From: Octopus bimaculoides
Lineage: Eukaryota
Direction: 5' to 3'
Assembly: GCF_001194135.2 (NCBI RefSeq)
Contig: NC_068982.1
Coordinates: 45,479,382 to 45,543,381 of the forward strand
DNA: 64,000 nucleotides
Shown here: positions 63,551-64,000 of the stretch, one piece after another
Layout of the letters: each line of letters opens with the position of its first letter
Position numbering within the stretch: position 1 is the first letter of the stretch
Position numbers and translations under genes: made by a program
The notes under the pieces: model-generated
Seen by the model: only the letters and a program-made list of their open reading frames with translations
What the model was told of the DNA's origin: nothing
Database searches by the model: none

Positions 63551-63769
63551 TAGCTTCGGTGTATTTATCGCAGACTATATTAGAAAACACATGAAGAATG
63601 AAGATGCATTATCAACGATTTATTTTGCTGATACGTTTAGCATAATACATCGATTAATAATTAATTGATGGCTCGACTAAACGTGGAAAGCTCAATATGC
63701 AGCGGATGCATTGTGCTAAACGATTTGAAACACGTGTAAGCAAAGTAAACCATTGATAATATGTCTTTA

Positions 63770-64000
63770 TACAGTTCTATATTTAAGAGATGAGGAATTA
63801 TGTAAATTATTTACGTTTGACGGATATTTGTCCTCATCTTGTTTGTTGTTAACACAGCGTTTCGGCTGATATACCCTCCAGCCTTCTCATTCCTAAAATT
63901 ATTATTATTATTATTATTATTATTATCATTATTATTATTATTCACATTACTGCCTGGAATCGAACTCAGAATTTTGGGGTTAGTAGCCCGCGCTCTTAAC
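63770..64000 (-). mobile_element. Second copy of family E, truncated by the window end
   Basis: TACAGTTCTATATTTAAGAGATGAGG...GTTTCGGCTGATATACCCTCCAGCC...(ATT)n...CTGCCTGGAATCGAACTC. Confidence 0.75.

Overview
AT-rich, repeat-saturated eukaryotic DNA with about 20 N-gaps. The repeat landscape looks like a coleoid cephalopod (octopus), which is an inference from the repeat families. I can support one host gene: a 3-exon MOSMO (C16orf52/Atthog) orthologue on the + strand, CDS join(6004..6106,9890..10105,10432..10619), 168 aa, with an upstream CRE/E-box cluster. The rest is transposon-derived or simple repeat. It includes at least four tRNA-derived SINE families (several copies with clear 12-15 bp TSDs), decayed RTE and R4/Dong LINE fragments, a Penelope-like N-terminal fragment, a full-length but broken DD34E Tc1 element, mariner/Tc1 derivatives, MITEs, minisatellites and microsatellites. 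The most interesting signals point to a Penelope-like/hammerhead-ribozyme ecosystem. These are a tRNA-headed element carrying half a hammerhead and an inverted copy of its own 3' end, two copies of a minimal hammerhead with a non-canonical CUGUUGA core, and a ~1.07 kb nested inverted duplication sitting in (TCTA)n. There is no CRISPR array, rRNA gene or bona fide tRNA gene. Most ORFs in the supplied track are gap or microsatellite artefacts. Repeat boundaries without TSDs or TIRs are approximate.
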